From Pseudomonadales bacterium (lineage in GTDB: Bacteria; Pseudomonadota; Gammaproteobacteria; Pseudomonadales; UBA7239), in the NCBI GenBank assembly GCA_041395785.1, contig JAWKZZ010000008.1, positions 1,471-65,470 on the forward strand: 64,000 nt of DNA, written 5' to 3'. The position numbers were made by a program, and so were the translations under genes. This document shows, one piece after another, positions 62,318 to 64,000 of the stretch. The notes below the pieces were generated by a model that ran no database searches, was not told where the DNA came from, and saw only the letters and a list, made by a program, of their open reading frames with translations. Position 1 is the stretch's first letter, and every line of letters starts with the position of its first letter.

Positions 62318-64000
62318 GCGGAGGCACCTTTCACAACCGATTTTGCATTGACATCTTTTTTATTTTTGTCTGCCGTTTGCGGTTTTGCTTCAACGGGTGG
62401 CAACGCATCGGGCACCGAACCCGTCAATTGCAATACGCCCTGCATTAAACGACCAAAAACGGGCGCCGCGGCTTCACCGCCGAAATATTGACCATTGCTC
62501 GGCTCATCAATCATGACCGCCATCGCATAACGCGGATTGCTCATCGGTGCTATGCCCGCAAACAACGCGGAATAGCGATTGGGGCTGTAGCCGCGGCCAT
62601 CCAGTTTATGCACGGTGCCTGTTTTGCCGCCTACGCGAAAACCAGGCACTTGCGCGCGCGTCGCCGTGCCGCCTGGGTGCGTGACGGCTTCCAACATCGG
62701 AATAATTTGACGCGCCACTTTTTCCGCCAACACGCGCTCACCAGAAGTGGCCCGAGACTCCGCGTCGCGGCGCAGTATCGACAGCGGCATTTTTACGCCT
62801 TCGTTAGCAAAAATGCTGTAAGCGTGCGCCAACTGCAAGGTGGTGACAGAAACACCGTAACCAAATGCCATGGTGACGCGATCCAAATCGCGCCAGCGCT
62901 GATAGCTCGGCAGCACACCAGAGCCCTCACCCGGAAAGCCAATCCCTGTCGCCTGCCCCAAACCAAAACGATGAAAAACACTGCGCAAAAAATCAGGATC
63001 TAGCGACAACGCAATTTTTGATGTGCCCACCTGACTGGATTTTGCAATCACGGTCGTCAAATCAATCACGCCGTAATTGCGGTGATCTTCCAATTTTTTG
63101 CCCTGCACATAAATGCTGCCAGGATTGGTATCGATCACCATTTCCGGCTTCCACTTACCGCTCTCCAATGCGGCCGCCATGGTGATGGGCTTCATGGTTG
63201 AACCCGGCTCAAACAAATCCACAATCGCGCGATTGCGCATTTGCACCGGCTTAATACCGACGCGATTGTTGGGGTTGTAAGATGGCCAGTTGACAATGGC
63301 GAGCACCTCACCCGTTTTTACATCCACCACCACAGCCGAGCCGCCTTGCGCCTTAAAATCTTCCACCGTTTTTTTCAAAATGGTGTGCGCGAAATACTGC
63401 AGGCGCAAATCAATACTCAACGCAATATCCACGCCATTTTGTTCTGGGCGCTGCAAACCTAAATCTTTTACAACGCGCCCTTTTAAATCTTTAATGACGC
63501 GACGCTTGCCTTCCGCACCCGTCAAGGCTTCATTAAATTCCAACTCGATGCCTTCCTGTCCTTGATCGTCGATATTGGTAAACCCGACCAAGCTGGCAAC
63601 CACATCGCCCGCTGGATAAAATCGCTTGTATTCGCGCTGTCCATATACGCCATCTATGCCTTGCGCCAACACCGCTTCCGCTTCTTCCGGCGATACTTGG
63701 CGACGCAAATACACAAACTCTTTGTTGCTGTATTGCGCCATTTTCTCGCGCACTTCCTGCTCGCTCCATGCCATGACATGACCAATGGCACGCCATTTAT
63801 CGACATCCTGTCTAATCACTTTTGGATTAGCCCACAGCGTCACCACCGGCGTACTGACCGCCAACGGCTCTCCATTGCGATCGGTAATCATGCCGCGGTG
63901 CGCTTGAATTTTTTCCGTGCGCACCGTGCGCGCTTCGCCTTGTTTTTCTAAAAACGCGTGATTCATCAACACTTGATGATCCGCAATACGCATAACCAAC
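62314..64000 (-). CDS. ftsI: peptidoglycan D,D-transpeptidase FtsI (PBP3), N-terminus beyond right edge
   Basis: At least 561 aa. RGMITDRNGEPLA, the active-site SxxK read as STMK, the SxN box read as SSQ, and KTGT. Confidence 0.93.
   Translation of the reverse strand, partial: LVMRIADHQVLMNHAFLEKQGEARTVRTEKIQAHRGMITDRNGEPLAVSTPVVTLWANPKVIRQDVDKWRAIGHVMAWSEQEVREKMAQYSNKEFVYLRRQVSPEEAEAVLAQGIDGVYGQREYKRFYPAGDVVASLVGFTNIDDQGQEGIELEFNEALTGAEGKRRVIKDLKGRVVKDLGLQRPEQNGVDIALSIDLRLQYFAHTILKKTVEDFKAQGGSAVVVDVKTGEVLAIVNWPSYNPNNRVGIKPVQMRNRAIVDLFEPGSTMKPITMAAALESGKWKPEMVIDTNPGSIYVQGKKLEDHRNYGVIDLTTVIAKSSQVGTSKIALSLDPDFLRSVFHRFGLGQATGIGFPGEGSGVLPSYQRWRDLDRVTMAFGYGVSVTTLQLAHAYSIFANEGVKMPLSILRRDAESRATSGERVLAEKVARQIIPMLEAVTHPGGTATRAQVPGFRVGGKTGTVHKLDGRGYSPNRYSALFAGIAPMSNPRYAMAVMIDEPSNGQYFGGEAAAPVFGRLMQGVLQLTGSVPDALPPVEAKPQTADKNKKDVNAKSVVKGASA

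Overview
This is a chromosomal segment from a gammaproteobacterium of about 50-55% GC by eye. The domain content vaguely suggests Pseudomonadales or Cellvibrionales, but the taxon cannot be fixed from sequence alone. Most of the window is housekeeping. It holds a partial pirin gene, a P450, the tRNA-Leu(GAG)-secG-tpiA-glmM-folP-ftsH-rlmE block, yhbY, ygiQ, cysE, orn/rsgA, a pseudouridine synthase, cobT-cobQ, recN, yrfG-like/hslO, rppH-ptsP, radA, a CHASE-GGDEF cyclase, apbC, ppa and fba-pgk. It ends with a complete dcw cluster running ftsZ back to a partial ftsI. Five things stand out.

1. Two unannotated regulatory sRNA candidates.
- An A/C-rich RNA of about 200 nt at 37935-38138 (-) has a near-consensus sigma-54 promoter, an upstream GTAACA/TGTTAC palindrome and an intrinsic terminator. 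It is packed with AANAANAA/(ARN)n motifs, so its architecture resembles the CrcZ Hfq/Crc sponge.
- A Csr/Rsm-family RNA of about 245 nt at 41219-41462 (-) has about 10 GGA motifs, a GacA/UvrY-type box (TGTAAG-N6-CGTACA) and a terminator.

2. An 8-kb block (~24.3-32.3 kb) has every gene broken by many indels. The genes are the 5' end of a DUF1631-like gene, polA, an SPFH gene and a 3.6-kb MmeI-like type IIL restriction-modification gene. The flanks carry only isolated single-base frameshifts in a DUF4124 gene, ptsP (two) and ddl. This is most likely a sequence-quality problem, although a REP-like element inside the R-M gene suggests some genuine decay.

3. A 1353-aa secreted mosaic protein combines RCC1 repeats, a cadherin-like domain, Ig-like modules, TSP3 repeats and FG-GAP repeats. 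It lies downstream of a PilZ plus DUF1631-like gene pair.

4. A small family of REP-like palindromic elements is present.

5. A 15-nt tandem repeat duplicates the rlmE stop context.

I saw no CRISPR array, transposase, integrase or prophage genes.
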